Assembly (NCBI RefSeq): GCF_965660385.1
Contig: NZ_CBFHZT010000009.1
Span: 8,646-72,645 of the forward strand
Length of the DNA stretch: 64,000 bases
Reading direction: 5' to 3'
Origin: Polaribacter sp.
Lineage (GTDB): Bacteria > Bacteroidota > Bacteroidia > Flavobacteriales > Flavobacteriaceae
The notes below the pieces were generated by a model. That model worked only from the letters and a program-made list of their open reading frames with translations, made no database searches and was not told where the DNA came from. A program made the position numbers and the translations under genes. The first letter of the stretch is position 1. Each line of letters begins with the position of its first letter. Shown piece after piece: positions 10,124 through 19,619 of the stretch.

Positions 10124-10705
10124 ATGTTAGGATTACAGTTCGAAACAGAAACGTCTTGGGCAGAAATTGCCAAAGTAAACTTGCAACAGATATTAACAGA
10201 CCATGCTTTTTTAGAGCAAAAAGCGGCATCAAATGCAGTATCTATTATCATAAATTATTCAGAAGAAACTGAATTAGTAAAAGAAATGAGTAATATTGCT
10301 ATTGAGGAAATGCAACATTTTAAAATGGTACATTTATTAATGGTAAAACGTGGAATGGTTTTAGGACGCGAACAGAAAAATGATTATGCTGTTCGATTAC
10401 AAAAATTCTTTCCGAAAACAAAAGACAGAACTAACGCTTTAATTCAACGTTTGTTGGTAGCTGCTTTAATTGAAGCAAGAAGTTGTGAACGCTTTAAGGT
10501 ATTTTCTGAAAATATGGAAGATGAAGAATTGCAAAAATTCTATAAGAATTTAATGATTTCTGAAGCCAATCATTATACTACTTTTTTACAATTTGCAAGG
10601 CAATATCAAGATAGAACCATTGTAGATGAAAAATGGAATGCATTGTTAGCTTTTGAAGCTGAAATGATGAAAGAGCGTGGAAAATTAGCTAAAATTCACG
10701 GGTAA
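10124..10705 (+). CDS. miaE: tRNA-(ms2io6A) hydroxylase MiaE-like ferritin-fold protein
   Basis: DHAFLEQKAA, EEMQHF, LIEARSCERF and SEANHY di-iron motifs. ATG at 10124 preferred. Confidence 0.88.
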   Translation: MLGLQFETETSWAEIAKVNLQQILTDHAFLEQKAASNAVSIIINYSEETELVKEMSNIAIEEMQHFKMVHLLMVKRGMVLGREQKNDYAVRLQKFFPKTKDRTNALIQRLLVAALIEARSCERFKVFSENMEDEELQKFYKNLMISEANHYTTFLQFARQYQDRTIVDEKWNALLAFEAEMMKERGKLAKIHG

Positions 10706-10795
10706 AACTATTTAGCTAATTTAGAATAACAACCTTATAAAGTTAAATAGTTCAATTAATTATTAGGCAATAGTGCTAAAATAGTTGGTAATTTT

Positions 10796-10820
10796 GATTT
10801 CTACTCAAGGTCGAAATGAT
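10796..10820. repeat. Possible degenerate REP-like unit (GATTTCTACTCAAGGTCGAAATGA)
   Basis: Short ATTTC...GAAAT palindrome between convergent genes. It resembles, from memory only, flavobacterial intergenic repeats. Single copy in this window. Confidence 0.3.
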
Positions 10821-10906
10821 AAATTTTTGACTTAGAGAAGCTTACCTATACCATAAAAAGAGTCGAACATCGATTATTTACAAGTATTAATTAATTAATC
10901 AATTAT

Positions 10907-11326
10907 TTATTTAACCAACTCAATTCTGTCTTCTTTCAGTACGATTATTTTTTGGCGGTATAAATTCCCAACAGCTTTTTTAAAGGCTTTTTTGCTCATT
11001 TTTAAATGAAACTTAATCGATTCTGGAGAGCTCTTATCTGTTAATAATAAAAAACCTTCGCTACTATTTTTTAATTTATGTAGTACTTTGTCTACATCAG
11101 TTTCAATAACATTTCTAAACCCTTGTGGTCGTAATGAAACATCAATTTTTCCATCTTCTCGAATATTTTTAATGAAACCATCTACTTCCATATCAATTTC
11201 AACATCTTCAAAAACCTCATTTCTGTATAATAGCCCTTCAAATTCTTCATTTATCAAAACAACATAACCTAATGCAGTTTCTGTTTCTATTACTAATTCT
11301 ACTTTATCACCTACTTGTAAATCCAT
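10907..11326 (-). CDS. S1-like RNA-binding protein (short CvfB-like, S1 + winged helix)
   Basis: LGYVVLINEEFEGLLY, IREDGKIDVSL and MSKKAFKKAVGNLY motifs. Confidence 0.85.
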   Translation of the reverse strand: MDLQVGDKVELVIETETALGYVVLINEEFEGLLYRNEVFEDVEIDMEVDGFIKNIREDGKIDVSLRPQGFRNVIETDVDKVLHKLKNSSEGFLLLTDKSSPESIKFHLKMSKKAFKKAVGNLYRQKIIVLKEDRIELVK

Positions 11327-12984
11327 TATTGTATATATTTAAAATAATCTTTTAGTATTTTGTCGTTTTCTGCACTTGGTGTAAAAATTTCTAAGATTTT
11401 TGGTTGTTTTGACGATGTATAAAATCCTTTTAAAGCTTCTTCAACAGTTGCTATAGAATATGCTTTTTGATACTCAAAAGCATACATATTGCACAAATGT
11501 TCGGCTGTTAAACAATGTGGCGTTTCAAAATATTTAGACGCATTTGTTGTTGACGGACCAGGAATAATTTTAAAAATTCCTCCACCTGAATTATTGATTA
11601 AAATAATTCTAAAACTATTAGGAATATTTTTGTTCCAAAGGGCATTAGAATCATAAAAAAAACTCAAATCTCCAGTAATGCATATGGTTTGTTTGTTATT
11701 AGTAAAAGCCGCTCCAATTGCTGTAGATGTGGTGCCATCAATTCCGCTAGTACCTCTATTACAATACACCTCTACAGTTTTGTTGATGGTAAACAATTGT
11801 GCATATCTAATAACAGCACTATTACTAATTTGCAATTGGCTGTCATTTGGCACGCTTTGCAAAATCTGCTCAAAAACCTTAAAATCTGAATGTTCTATTT
11901 TCGATAAATATTCAGCATGTTTTATTCTTCTTTTATCTCTAATGGTTAACCATTTTGATTGATAATTGCTCTCTGATTTTAAAATTTTAGCATTAAAATT
12001 GCTAAAAAAATTATTAGGATTCGTTTGAATAAAATCAGTTAAACAAAAATAGGTATTGGTTGCTTTTCGCTCATCAATATCCCAATGATGTTTTGGTGGA
12101 TATTCTCTTAAAAATTTTTTAACTCTTTTAGAAATAATCATTCCTCCAAAAGTGATGAGAATATCTGGCTGTAAATCTTGAAAACCTTCTTCTTGTAAAG
12201 AAAAAATCAGCTGATCTATAGAATCTATTGCTTTTTCATGATGCAAATTAGAGGTTGTTTCTGTAAAAATTAATACAGCATTGTCATCAGCATACAAATC
12301 CATTAATTGGTGTAATGCTGCATCAGGATAATTTACACCAACCAAAATCATTTTTTTGGGTAACGTATTCCAAATATTGGCAAACTTGTTATAATCTATA
12401 TTAGCATTATCTAAAAAACTTGACGATATTCTAGGAAAATGAAAGCTTTTCAATTCCTCTACAGTTTCGTACAAAGGCTCATCAAAAGGTACATTAATAT
12501 GAACTGGCCCTTTCTGAGAAGTTGCCACTTGCAAGGCTTCGCCAATTAACTGAGCGTTTCTTGGATTAAATTTTGGATTTTCGATTAAGTTTGCAGAGCA
12601 TAAAATATGATTTTCAAATACGTTTTCTTGACGAATAGTTTGCCCATCACCAATATCAATTAAATGTTTTGGTCTATCTGCAGAAATAACAACCAAAGGA
12701 ATATTACTATAAAATGCCTCTGCCACTGCAGGATAATAGTTTAAAAGAGCAGAACCAGAAGTGCATAAAACAGCCACTGGTTTTTGTTTTTGTTGGGCAA
12801 TGCCTAATGCAAAAAAAGCGGCACATCTTTCGTCTACAATACTTAAGGTTTCTATTGCTGCATGATTAGAAAAGCCAATGGTTAAAGGTGCATTTCTTGA
12901 ACCAGGAGAAATAACAACAGTATCAACATCAAATTGATGACAAGCTGAAATTACTAACTGTGCGAGTTCTTTTTTAGGATACAT
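11326..12984 (-). CDS. menD: SEPHCHC synthase MenD
   Basis: ISPGSRNAPL, DERCAAFFALG, TSGSA, NRGTSGIDG and GDLSFFYD. ATG at 12984 preferred; the ORF-track extension to 13080 runs through repeat DNA. Confidence 0.95.
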   Translation of the reverse strand: MYPKKELAQLVISACHQFDVDTVVISPGSRNAPLTIGFSNHAAIETLSIVDERCAAFFALGIAQQKQKPVAVLCTSGSALLNYYPAVAEAFYSNIPLVVISADRPKHLIDIGDGQTIRQENVFENHILCSANLIENPKFNPRNAQLIGEALQVATSQKGPVHINVPFDEPLYETVEELKSFHFPRISSSFLDNANIDYNKFANIWNTLPKKMILVGVNYPDAALHQLMDLYADDNAVLIFTETTSNLHHEKAIDSIDQLIFSLQEEGFQDLQPDILITFGGMIISKRVKKFLREYPPKHHWDIDERKATNTYFCLTDFIQTNPNNFFSNFNAKILKSESNYQSKWLTIRDKRRIKHAEYLSKIEHSDFKVFEQILQSVPNDSQLQISNSAVIRYAQLFTINKTVEVYCNRGTSGIDGTTSTAIGAAFTNNKQTICITGDLSFFYDSNALWNKNIPNSFRIILINNSGGGIFKIIPGPSTTNASKYFETPHCLTAEHLCNMYAFEYQKAYSIATVEEALKGFYTSSKQPKILEIFTPSAENDKILKDYFKYIQ

Positions 12985-12990
12985 TAAAAA

Positions 12991-13023
12991 AGCCCATCCT
13001 AACCTTCCCAAAAGAAAGGAACT
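12991..13023. repeat. Possible REP-like GC-rich unit upstream of menD
   Basis: AGCCCATCCTAACCTTCCCAAAAGAAAGGAAC contains an imperfect CCTTCCC/AGAAAGG hairpin and is GC-rich for this AT-rich spacer. Single copy. Confidence 0.3.
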
Positions 13024-13077
13024 CCAAACTGGGTAAATTTGAGAGTTTTTATTATTTATTTTATGGCTATTTGCTTC

Positions 13078-13178
13078 CAAACAAGTTTAGCCCTGATTGC
13101 AACGACATCCTTTTTTCTGGTTCTTGAATTTAATTCAGGATCTAGAAAAAAGATATAGTGGAAAGCAGGAAATAGCTT
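13078..13178. repeat. Structured intergenic repeat, copy 1 of 3
   Basis: Left end CAAACAAGTTTAGCCCTGATTG, right end GAAAGCAGGAAATAGCT, internal 21-bp hairpin (18/21 paired). Homologous to 28211-28316 and 55730-55822. Confidence 0.85.
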
Positions 13179-13262
13179 CTAATTATATTTCATAATTTAG
13201 TTGTTGGTTTTAAGTAACAAGTGATTATTAAAAACTATATACCAACAACCAAAACCCATTTT

Positions 13263-13916
13263 TTAATTTCCTTTTTGATAATCTGCCAAAAATTTAGCCA
13301 AACCACTATCTGTTAAAGGATGTTTTAACAAACCTTCGATTGCGCTTAAAGGGCCTGTCATTACATCAGATCCTAATTTTGCACAATCTACAATATGCAT
13401 GGTGTGACGTATAGAAGCTGCTAAAATTTGAGTTTGAAAATTATAGTTGTCATAAACCGTTCTAATTTCCGAAATTAGGTTTAATCCGTCTGTAGAAATA
13501 TCATCTAAACGTCCTAAAAAAGGAGACACATAAGTAGCACCAGCTTTTGCAGCCAATAATGCTTGACCAACAGAAAACACCAAAGTAACGTTTGTTTTTA
13601 TACCTTTAGATGAAAAATATTTACAAGCCTTAATTCCGTCTTTTATCATCGGTAATTTTACCACAATCTGAGGGTTTAAAGCGGCTAATGCTTCACCTTC
13701 TTTAACCATACCATCAAAATCTGTAGCAATAACCTCTGCAGAAACATCACCATCCACAACATCACAAATGGTTTTGTAATGATTAATAATATTTTCTTGT
13801 CCAGTAATACCTTCTTTAGCCATTAAAGATGGGTTTGTAGTTACACCATCTAAAATACCTAAAGCTTGTGCTTCTTTAATTTGTGCTAAATTTGCAGTAT
13901 CTATAAAAAATTTCAT
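13263..13916 (-). CDS. fsa: Fructose-6-phosphate aldolase / short-type transaldolase
   Basis: MKFFIDTAN, GVTTNPSL, VVKLP Schiff-base Lys, YVSPFLGRLDD. Confidence 0.93.
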   Translation of the reverse strand: MKFFIDTANLAQIKEAQALGILDGVTTNPSLMAKEGITGQENIINHYKTICDVVDGDVSAEVIATDFDGMVKEGEALAALNPQIVVKLPMIKDGIKACKYFSSKGIKTNVTLVFSVGQALLAAKAGATYVSPFLGRLDDISTDGLNLISEIRTVYDNYNFQTQILAASIRHTMHIVDCAKLGSDVMTGPLSAIEGLLKHPLTDSGLAKFLADYQKGN

Positions 13917-13940
13917 TTTTATTATATTATAATTTATTTA

Positions 13941-13948
13941 CAAAGATA
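13941..13948 (-). promoter_or_regulatory. Bacteroidota -7 promoter element (TATCTTTG) for fsa
   Basis: TAnnTTTG on the minus strand, 24 nt upstream of the start. Confidence 0.6.
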
Positions 13949-14102
13949 GAAACAAAGATGATTTTTAAATAAAATAAACACGTCAAGTTTTAAAATTAAT
14001 GTATAATAGAATAGTTTTGTTCACTAAAAATTAAGAAAAATTATTTGACACATAATTGGTCTTAAATTATTTGATAATTTTTAAATTTAACCTTTAATCT
14101 CA

Positions 14103-15143
14103 ATGAAAATTTACCAATACATATGCTTACTTTTATTTTCTTTAATCTTTTCATCTTGTGAAGGAGAGGTTGGAACAGAAGGGATTGAAGGAACAGTTAT
14201 TTGCAATTTTTCTAATCTTTCTATTTCTGAAGCGGATAACATTGTAATAGCGAATGAAAATAAACCGGTTTTATGGCAAGGGAATTATACAGATGATACT
14301 GTTACAATACATTTTACCAAACCATTAGATGATGATGGTTTATCTGAGACGCTTAATTTTGTTTTTATAAAAATTGACAGTTGTTTGCAAATAGATCGTG
14401 GATATGAATTTTATAACGGAGGCACAGGAGATATTAGTGCCTTAACCGAGGTTAAAGTTTTAGAATTTTATCTTAATGAATGGGAAATCGATAAAAAACT
14501 TGCAGGACGGATTGTGTACAGAGATCATCATGATAAATTGATTAAGACACTAAATTTTTGGATAGAATTTACCCCTGATGATTATCTTGTTGAAGATACT
14601 AATTTCACCTATTTTTCAGATTGTTTTGGTGACAAACTTCCAATAGCCATCGATTTAGATAATGATGGTACTACCGATTATAATATTTTAGCTGAAGAAG
14701 TGGTTGACTTTGCAAATAGACCAAACTTTGTTTCTTATAACATTAAGTTAGTTTCTACAGATGAAAGTATTAACGAAATTCTCTCACCAAAAGGAGTTGG
14801 CATTCCTTTTCCTGTTTTGTTTGAACCTCCATTTTCTACAGAAAACACGAGAAGTTATGCCGCAAACAAATTCAATTCAGAAGATGTTAAAAATTCTTTA
14901 GATGTTTTTTATGAATTTAGTCCACCTTATGAAAGTTATAACTTTTTTCTTCAAAATAATTTAACCTACAAAAAAGAGTTATCTAATGATAAGGATGATT
15001 ATTATGCAGTAAGATTAATCAGGAATAATAAAAATTTCTATGGATGGATAAAAATTGAATTTAATGCTTTAGATTGTAAAATAGCAGTTTTGGAAACCTA
15101 TGTAAACCCTAATGCAGAGGAACACATCAACATAGAAAATTAA
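14103..15143 (+). CDS. Hypothetical lipoprotein
   Basis: Signal peptide with lipobox IFSS-C, short Gly-X-X stretch (GEVGTEGIEG), DLDNDG Ca-binding-like motif. 4-bp convergent overlap with the SDR gene. Confidence 0.7.
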   Translation: MKIYQYICLLLFSLIFSSCEGEVGTEGIEGTVICNFSNLSISEADNIVIANENKPVLWQGNYTDDTVTIHFTKPLDDDGLSETLNFVFIKIDSCLQIDRGYEFYNGGTGDISALTEVKVLEFYLNEWEIDKKLAGRIVYRDHHDKLIKTLNFWIEFTPDDYLVEDTNFTYFSDCFGDKLPIAIDLDNDGTTDYNILAEEVVDFANRPNFVSYNIKLVSTDESINEILSPKGVGIPFPVLFEPPFSTENTRSYAANKFNSEDVKNSLDVFYEFSPPYESYNFFLQNNLTYKKELSNDKDDYYAVRLIRNNKNFYGWIKIEFNALDCKIAVLETYVNPNAEEHINIEN

Positions 15144-15943
15144 AGTTTATAATGATTCATTAATAACTTTTCATATATTCTGTCTGGTAAAATTCGCTTT
15201 AGAATAATAGAAAACTTTTGCATAAAATCGCCAACTTTATAATGTAGTTTTGGTTGCTTAGTATTGATAATTTTATAAACAGCTTTCGCCATTTCTAGAG
15301 GTGGCATTCCTTGATCTACATGAGCATCCATCAAATCTAAATTTTCTTGATACTTTTCTCTGTAGGCCGAATTTTCTAAAACAGGTGTATGATATCTACC
15401 AGCAGCAATATTTGTAGCAAAATCTCCAGGAGCAATATTAGTAACATCAATCCCTAAATTTTTAACCTCCATACTTAGAGCTTCTGTAATTAACTCTAAA
15501 GCGCCTTTTGATGCTGAATAAACTCCTCTAAAAGGCAAGCCCATATATCCTGCAATTGAAGTTACATTAATAATAATGCCAGATTTTTGTTTGCGCATTT
15601 GTGGTAAAACAGCTTTCATAACATCAATAGCACCAAAAAAATTGGTGTTAAAAACTGCGCGCATTTCATCTGTAGGTGTATCTTCTAAAGGTCCAGTAAT
15701 TCCCATTCCTGCGTTATTGACTAACACATCCAATCTACCCTCTTTTTGTATGATGCTTTCTACTGCACTTTTAATAGTATCAACATTCAAAACATCCAAA
15801 GCTATCAATTCAAAAGAATAATTTTTAGGGTTTTTAGGATTTCTACTAGTTCCATAAACCTGATAACCTTTTTGTTGTAAAAAAGTTGCAATTGCTTTTC
15901 CTATCCCTGATGATGCACCAGTAACTAAAACTGTTTTAGACAT
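15140..15943 (-). CDS. SDR family oxidoreductase
   Basis: TGASSGIG, NNAG and YSASK catalytic motif. Confidence 0.93.
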   Translation of the reverse strand: MSKTVLVTGASSGIGKAIATFLQQKGYQVYGTSRNPKNPKNYSFELIALDVLNVDTIKSAVESIIQKEGRLDVLVNNAGMGITGPLEDTPTDEMRAVFNTNFFGAIDVMKAVLPQMRKQKSGIIINVTSIAGYMGLPFRGVYSASKGALELITEALSMEVKNLGIDVTNIAPGDFATNIAAGRYHTPVLENSAYREKYQENLDLMDAHVDQGMPPLEMAKAVYKIINTKQPKLHYKVGDFMQKFSIILKRILPDRIYEKLLMNHYKL

Positions 15944-16025
15944 TTAAAATAAAAGTTTATGAAGTTTCGAATCATACAAATATGCTAAAAGATTATGAAG
16001 ATATCTAAATTTAGCGCACAAAAAA

Positions 16026-16121
16026 TGGCAAGCTATCTACATCACACTGCTACAACCTAATACCCTTGCTGTGTTCCCACCCTGGGGGATTCAAAGGGAG
16101 CTAGTTGTGTAGGACTTGCCA
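16026..16121 (-). ncRNA. ffs: Signal recognition particle RNA (4.5S)
   Basis: Termini TGGCAAG/CTTGCCA pair into a long hairpin. The apical CAGGGTGGGAACACAGCAAG matches the SRP domain IV layout. A TAAATTTG promoter lies immediately upstream. Confidence 0.88.
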
Positions 16122-16124
16122 CTG

Positions 16125-16132
16125 CAAATTTA
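16125..16132 (-). promoter_or_regulatory. -7 promoter element (TAAATTTG) for SRP RNA
   Basis: TAnnTTTG ending 3-4 nt before the predicted RNA 5' end. Confidence 0.7.
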
Positions 16133-16251
16133 CAATCTATTTTTATTTAAACAATTAAAAAAATAAGAATTTTTATGTAACATTATTAAAGTATTGATTA
16201 CTAATAATATGTTTTTGGATTGTAAAAATTATAATACCAAAATGAAAAACA

Positions 16252-16259
16252 TATATTTG
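16252..16259 (+). promoter_or_regulatory. -7 promoter element (TATATTTG)
   Basis: TAnnTTTG 25 nt upstream of ATG 16285. Confidence 0.6.
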
Positions 16260-16284
16260 TATCACTAACTAAATTTTAAAAACA

Positions 16285-16812
16285 ATGGAAAATCAAGCAG
16301 ATAGTAAAGGTATCATTTTAAATAATGGATTATATTTTGGTTTGTTATTAGTTGTAGCAAGTCTAGTGCCTTATGCCTTAGGCATGCACTTAGAGCCAAC
16401 AGCCGGTTATATCAATTTCGGAGTAATTCTATTAGGAATTATTTTATTCCCAATTCTTGGGATGAACAAATTCAAAAATACCAATGAAGGATTTATGAGT
16501 TGGGGACAAGGTGTTAAAATAGGTGTAGGTATTGTACTAATTGGTACAATCATAAGTACTTTATACCAATTGGTTTTTACCTCTGTAATAGAACCAGATT
16601 TTTATGCTCAGGTTGAAGAAGTAACAAGATTAGCATTGGTAGATGCTGGTCTTACAGAAGAACAAATTGAAATGCAATTAGAAATGCAAGGTAAGTTTCA
16701 AGGAACGGCTGTTGGGTATGGAATGGGTCTTTTGTTTATGACATTTATAGGCTTTATTTCTTCTGCAATTATTGCTGCTGTTAAGAAAAAATCTGAAGAA
16801 GATACTTACTAA
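16285..16812 (+). CDS. DUF4199-like 4-TM membrane protein
   Basis: Four hydrophobic helices, FMSWGQGVKIG and IEPDF motifs, conserved position before a GT2 and pgm. Confidence 0.8.
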   Translation: MENQADSKGIILNNGLYFGLLLVVASLVPYALGMHLEPTAGYINFGVILLGIILFPILGMNKFKNTNEGFMSWGQGVKIGVGIVLIGTIISTLYQLVFTSVIEPDFYAQVEEVTRLALVDAGLTEEQIEMQLEMQGKFQGTAVGYGMGLLFMTFIGFISSAIIAAVKKKSEEDTY

Positions 16813-16887
16813 AATCTAAAGTTTAGCGTTCTATATTTTATAAAATTGTAACTTTGATTTTTAGAATATCAAAATTTGAACCTAAAT

Positions 16888-17844
16888 ATGCAAATTTCGG
16901 TAGTAATACCACTTCTTAACGAAGAAGAATCTTTACTAGAATTACACGATTGGATTGTATCTGTGATGCAATCCAATCGTTATTTATATGAAATTATTTT
17001 TATCGATGATGGTAGTACAGATCATTCATGGAAAGTTATAAAGAATTTATCTTCAAAAAATACTGCTGTTAAAGGAATTCGTTTTCAAAAAAACTACGGT
17101 AAATCACAAGCTTTAGATGCTGGTTTTCAAATGGCTCAAGGTAATGTTGTCATTACAATGGATGCTGATTTACAAGATAATCCAGAAGAAATTCCTGAAT
17201 TATACGATTTAATTATTGATAAAAAATTAGATTTAGTTTCTGGTTGGAAAAAGAAACGTTACGATAATATCATCACCAAAAATATACCTTCTAAATTATT
17301 TAATGCAGCCGCTAGAAAAACTTCTGGTTTACAATTACATGACTTTAACTGCGGATTAAAAGCGTATAGAAATGAAGTTATCAAAACTGTAAAAGTTAGT
17401 GGAGAAATGCACAGGTATATTCCTGTTTTAGCAAAAAACGCTGGCTTTAACAATATAGATGAAAAAGTAGTACAACATCAAGCAAGAAAATATGGCGAAA
17501 CAAAATTTGGTATGGAAAGATTTATAAACGGCTTTCTAGATTTAATTACCATTTCTTTTTTATCAAAATTTGGTAAAAGACCTATGCATTTTTTTGGCCT
17601 TTGGGGTACATTTATGTTTTTGTTTGGTACTACATCTGCCTTTTACATTGGCGCCTACAAGCTTTATAAACTTTATAATGGCATAAAAACTATATTAGTT
17701 ACAGACAATCCTTGGTTTTATATTGCATTAACCTCTATGATTCTTGGTACGCTTTTATTCTTAGCAGGATTTCTTGGAGAACTCATTATTAAAACAAAAA
17801 GTGATGAAAAACACTATACAATCAAAGAAAAACTAAATTTGTAA
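16888..17844 (+). CDS. GT2 glycosyltransferase (polyprenol-phosphate sugar transferase type)
   Basis: ISVVIPLLNEE, DDGSTD, DADLQD, HDFNCGLKAY, two C-terminal TMs. TAACTTTG promoter-like element at 16849-16856. Confidence 0.9.
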   Translation: MQISVVIPLLNEEESLLELHDWIVSVMQSNRYLYEIIFIDDGSTDHSWKVIKNLSSKNTAVKGIRFQKNYGKSQALDAGFQMAQGNVVITMDADLQDNPEEIPELYDLIIDKKLDLVSGWKKKRYDNIITKNIPSKLFNAAARKTSGLQLHDFNCGLKAYRNEVIKTVKVSGEMHRYIPVLAKNAGFNNIDEKVVQHQARKYGETKFGMERFINGFLDLITISFLSKFGKRPMHFFGLWGTFMFLFGTTSAFYIGAYKLYKLYNGIKTILVTDNPWFYIALTSMILGTLLFLAGFLGELIIKTKSDEKHYTIKEKLNL

Positions 17845-17903
17845 ATGTATATTTGTATTTCAAAAGTATTTAATTAACTTATTAAACTTAACTTTATCAA
17901 ACT

Positions 17904-19619
17904 ATGAATGATATTTTAGAAAAAGCAAAACAATGGTTAACTCCAATTTTTGATGCCGAAACTCAAACTGAAATTCAAGAATTAATTACTAATAATCCTG
18001 ATGATTTAGCAGACAGATTCTATAAAGATATGGAATTTGGTACTGGTGGAATGCGAGGCACTATGGGTGCTGGAACCAACAGAATCAATAAATATACGTT
18101 AGGGCGAGCAACACAAGGATTATCAAATTATTTGATTGAAAACGTAGATAAAGAACAATTAAGTGTTGTAATTGCTTACGATTGTAGGCACAATAGTAAA
18201 AAGTTTGCTAAAGTTGTAGCCGATGTTTTATCAGCAAATAATATTAAAGTTTTTCTATTTGAAGATTTAAGACCTACACCAGAATTATCATTTGCTGTGC
18301 GTCATTTAGATTGTGATGCAGGTATTGTTTTAACAGCGTCTCATAATCCGCCTGAATATAATGGTTACAAAGTATATTGGGCAGATGGTGGTCAGATTGT
18401 ACCCCCAAATGATAGTGGAATTATCAATAAAGTAAACGCATTAGAGTTTTCAGAAATCAATTTTGATGCTAATGAAGAATTGATTGAAATGATTGGTGCT
18501 GATGTAGATAAAGTTTTTATTGAGAATTCTGTAAAAAATGGTTCTTTATCCCCTAATATTGACAGAAAAAATTTAAAAATAGTTTTTACATCTTTGCATG
18601 GTACCTCAATAATGTCTGTGCCTGATGCATTGTCTGAAGCTGGTTATACAGATGTTCATATTGTAGAAGAGCAAAGAAAACCAGATGGCGATTTCCCAAC
18701 CGTAAAATCACCAAACCCTGAAGAACCTGAAGCTCTAGAAATGGCTACAAATTTAGCTAATGAAATTGGCGCTGATATTGTAATTGGTACAGACCCAGAT
18801 TGCGATAGATTAGGTGTTGCTGTAAGAGATATGGATGGTAGTATGAAGTTGATGAATGGTAACCAAACTATGGTTGTTATGACAGACTTTTTACTACGTA
18901 AATGGAAAGAGGAAGGAAAATTAAATGGAAAACAATTTGTAGGTTCTACAATTGTATCTACAGAGTTGGTAAATGACGTTGCTGCCAGTTTTGGTGTTGG
19001 TACCAAAGTTGGTTTAACTGGTTTTAAATGGATTGCCAAAATGGTAAAAGATTTTCCAGAACTTAATTTTATTGGTGGTGGTGAAGAAAGTTTTGGTTAT
19101 ATGGTTGGCGATTTTGTAAGAGATAAAGATGCAGTTACAGCCACACTTTTAGCTTGTGAAGTTGCAGCTTTAGCAAAACAAAACGGAAGTTCTTTCTATA
19201 AAGAATTATTAGATATTTATGTAAGAGAAAGTTTTTACAAAGAACACTTAATTTCTATCACAAAAAAAGGAATGGATGGGGCTGCTGAAATTCAGCAAAT
19301 GTTAAGTGATATGCGTAACAACCCAATTACTGAGGTTGATGGAGAAAAAATAGAATCGCTTTGCGACTACCAAGCATCAACCAAAAAGAATTTAATTACT
19401 GGTGATGTTACCGAAATTGATATGCCAAAATCTAATGTGTTGATTTATCAAACTGCTTCAGGCACCAGAATTGCAGCAAGACCAAGTGGAACAGAACCTA
19501 AAATAAAATTTTATTTTAGTGTTAATGCACCTTTAGATGCAGCTGAAAATGCTGAAAAAGTAGAAGCTGAACTAGATGCAAAAATTCAACGCATTATAAA
19601 AGAGATGAAGTTAAATTAA
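17904..19619 (+). CDS. Phosphoglucomutase/phosphomannomutase
   Basis: FGTGGMRG, TASHNP phosphoserine loop, DPDCDR metal loop, RPSGTEPKIK. TATATTTG at 17848-17855. Confidence 0.95.
   Translation: MNDILEKAKQWLTPIFDAETQTEIQELITNNPDDLADRFYKDMEFGTGGMRGTMGAGTNRINKYTLGRATQGLSNYLIENVDKEQLSVVIAYDCRHNSKKFAKVVADVLSANNIKVFLFEDLRPTPELSFAVRHLDCDAGIVLTASHNPPEYNGYKVYWADGGQIVPPNDSGIINKVNALEFSEINFDANEELIEMIGADVDKVFIENSVKNGSLSPNIDRKNLKIVFTSLHGTSIMSVPDALSEAGYTDVHIVEEQRKPDGDFPTVKSPNPEEPEALEMATNLANEIGADIVIGTDPDCDRLGVAVRDMDGSMKLMNGNQTMVVMTDFLLRKWKEEGKLNGKQFVGSTIVSTELVNDVAASFGVGTKVGLTGFKWIAKMVKDFPELNFIGGGEESFGYMVGDFVRDKDAVTATLLACEVAALAKQNGSSFYKELLDIYVRESFYKEHLISITKKGMDGAAEIQQMLSDMRNNPITEVDGEKIESLCDYQASTKKNLITGDVTEIDMPKSNVLIYQTASGTRIAARPSGTEPKIKFYFSVNAPLDAAENAEKVEAELDAKIQRIIKEMKLN

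Noticed and set aside
12985-13080. 32-aa N-terminal extension of MenD in the ORF track
   Set aside because: It reads through repeat-like intergenic DNA; the recognisable MenD sequence begins at ATG 12984.
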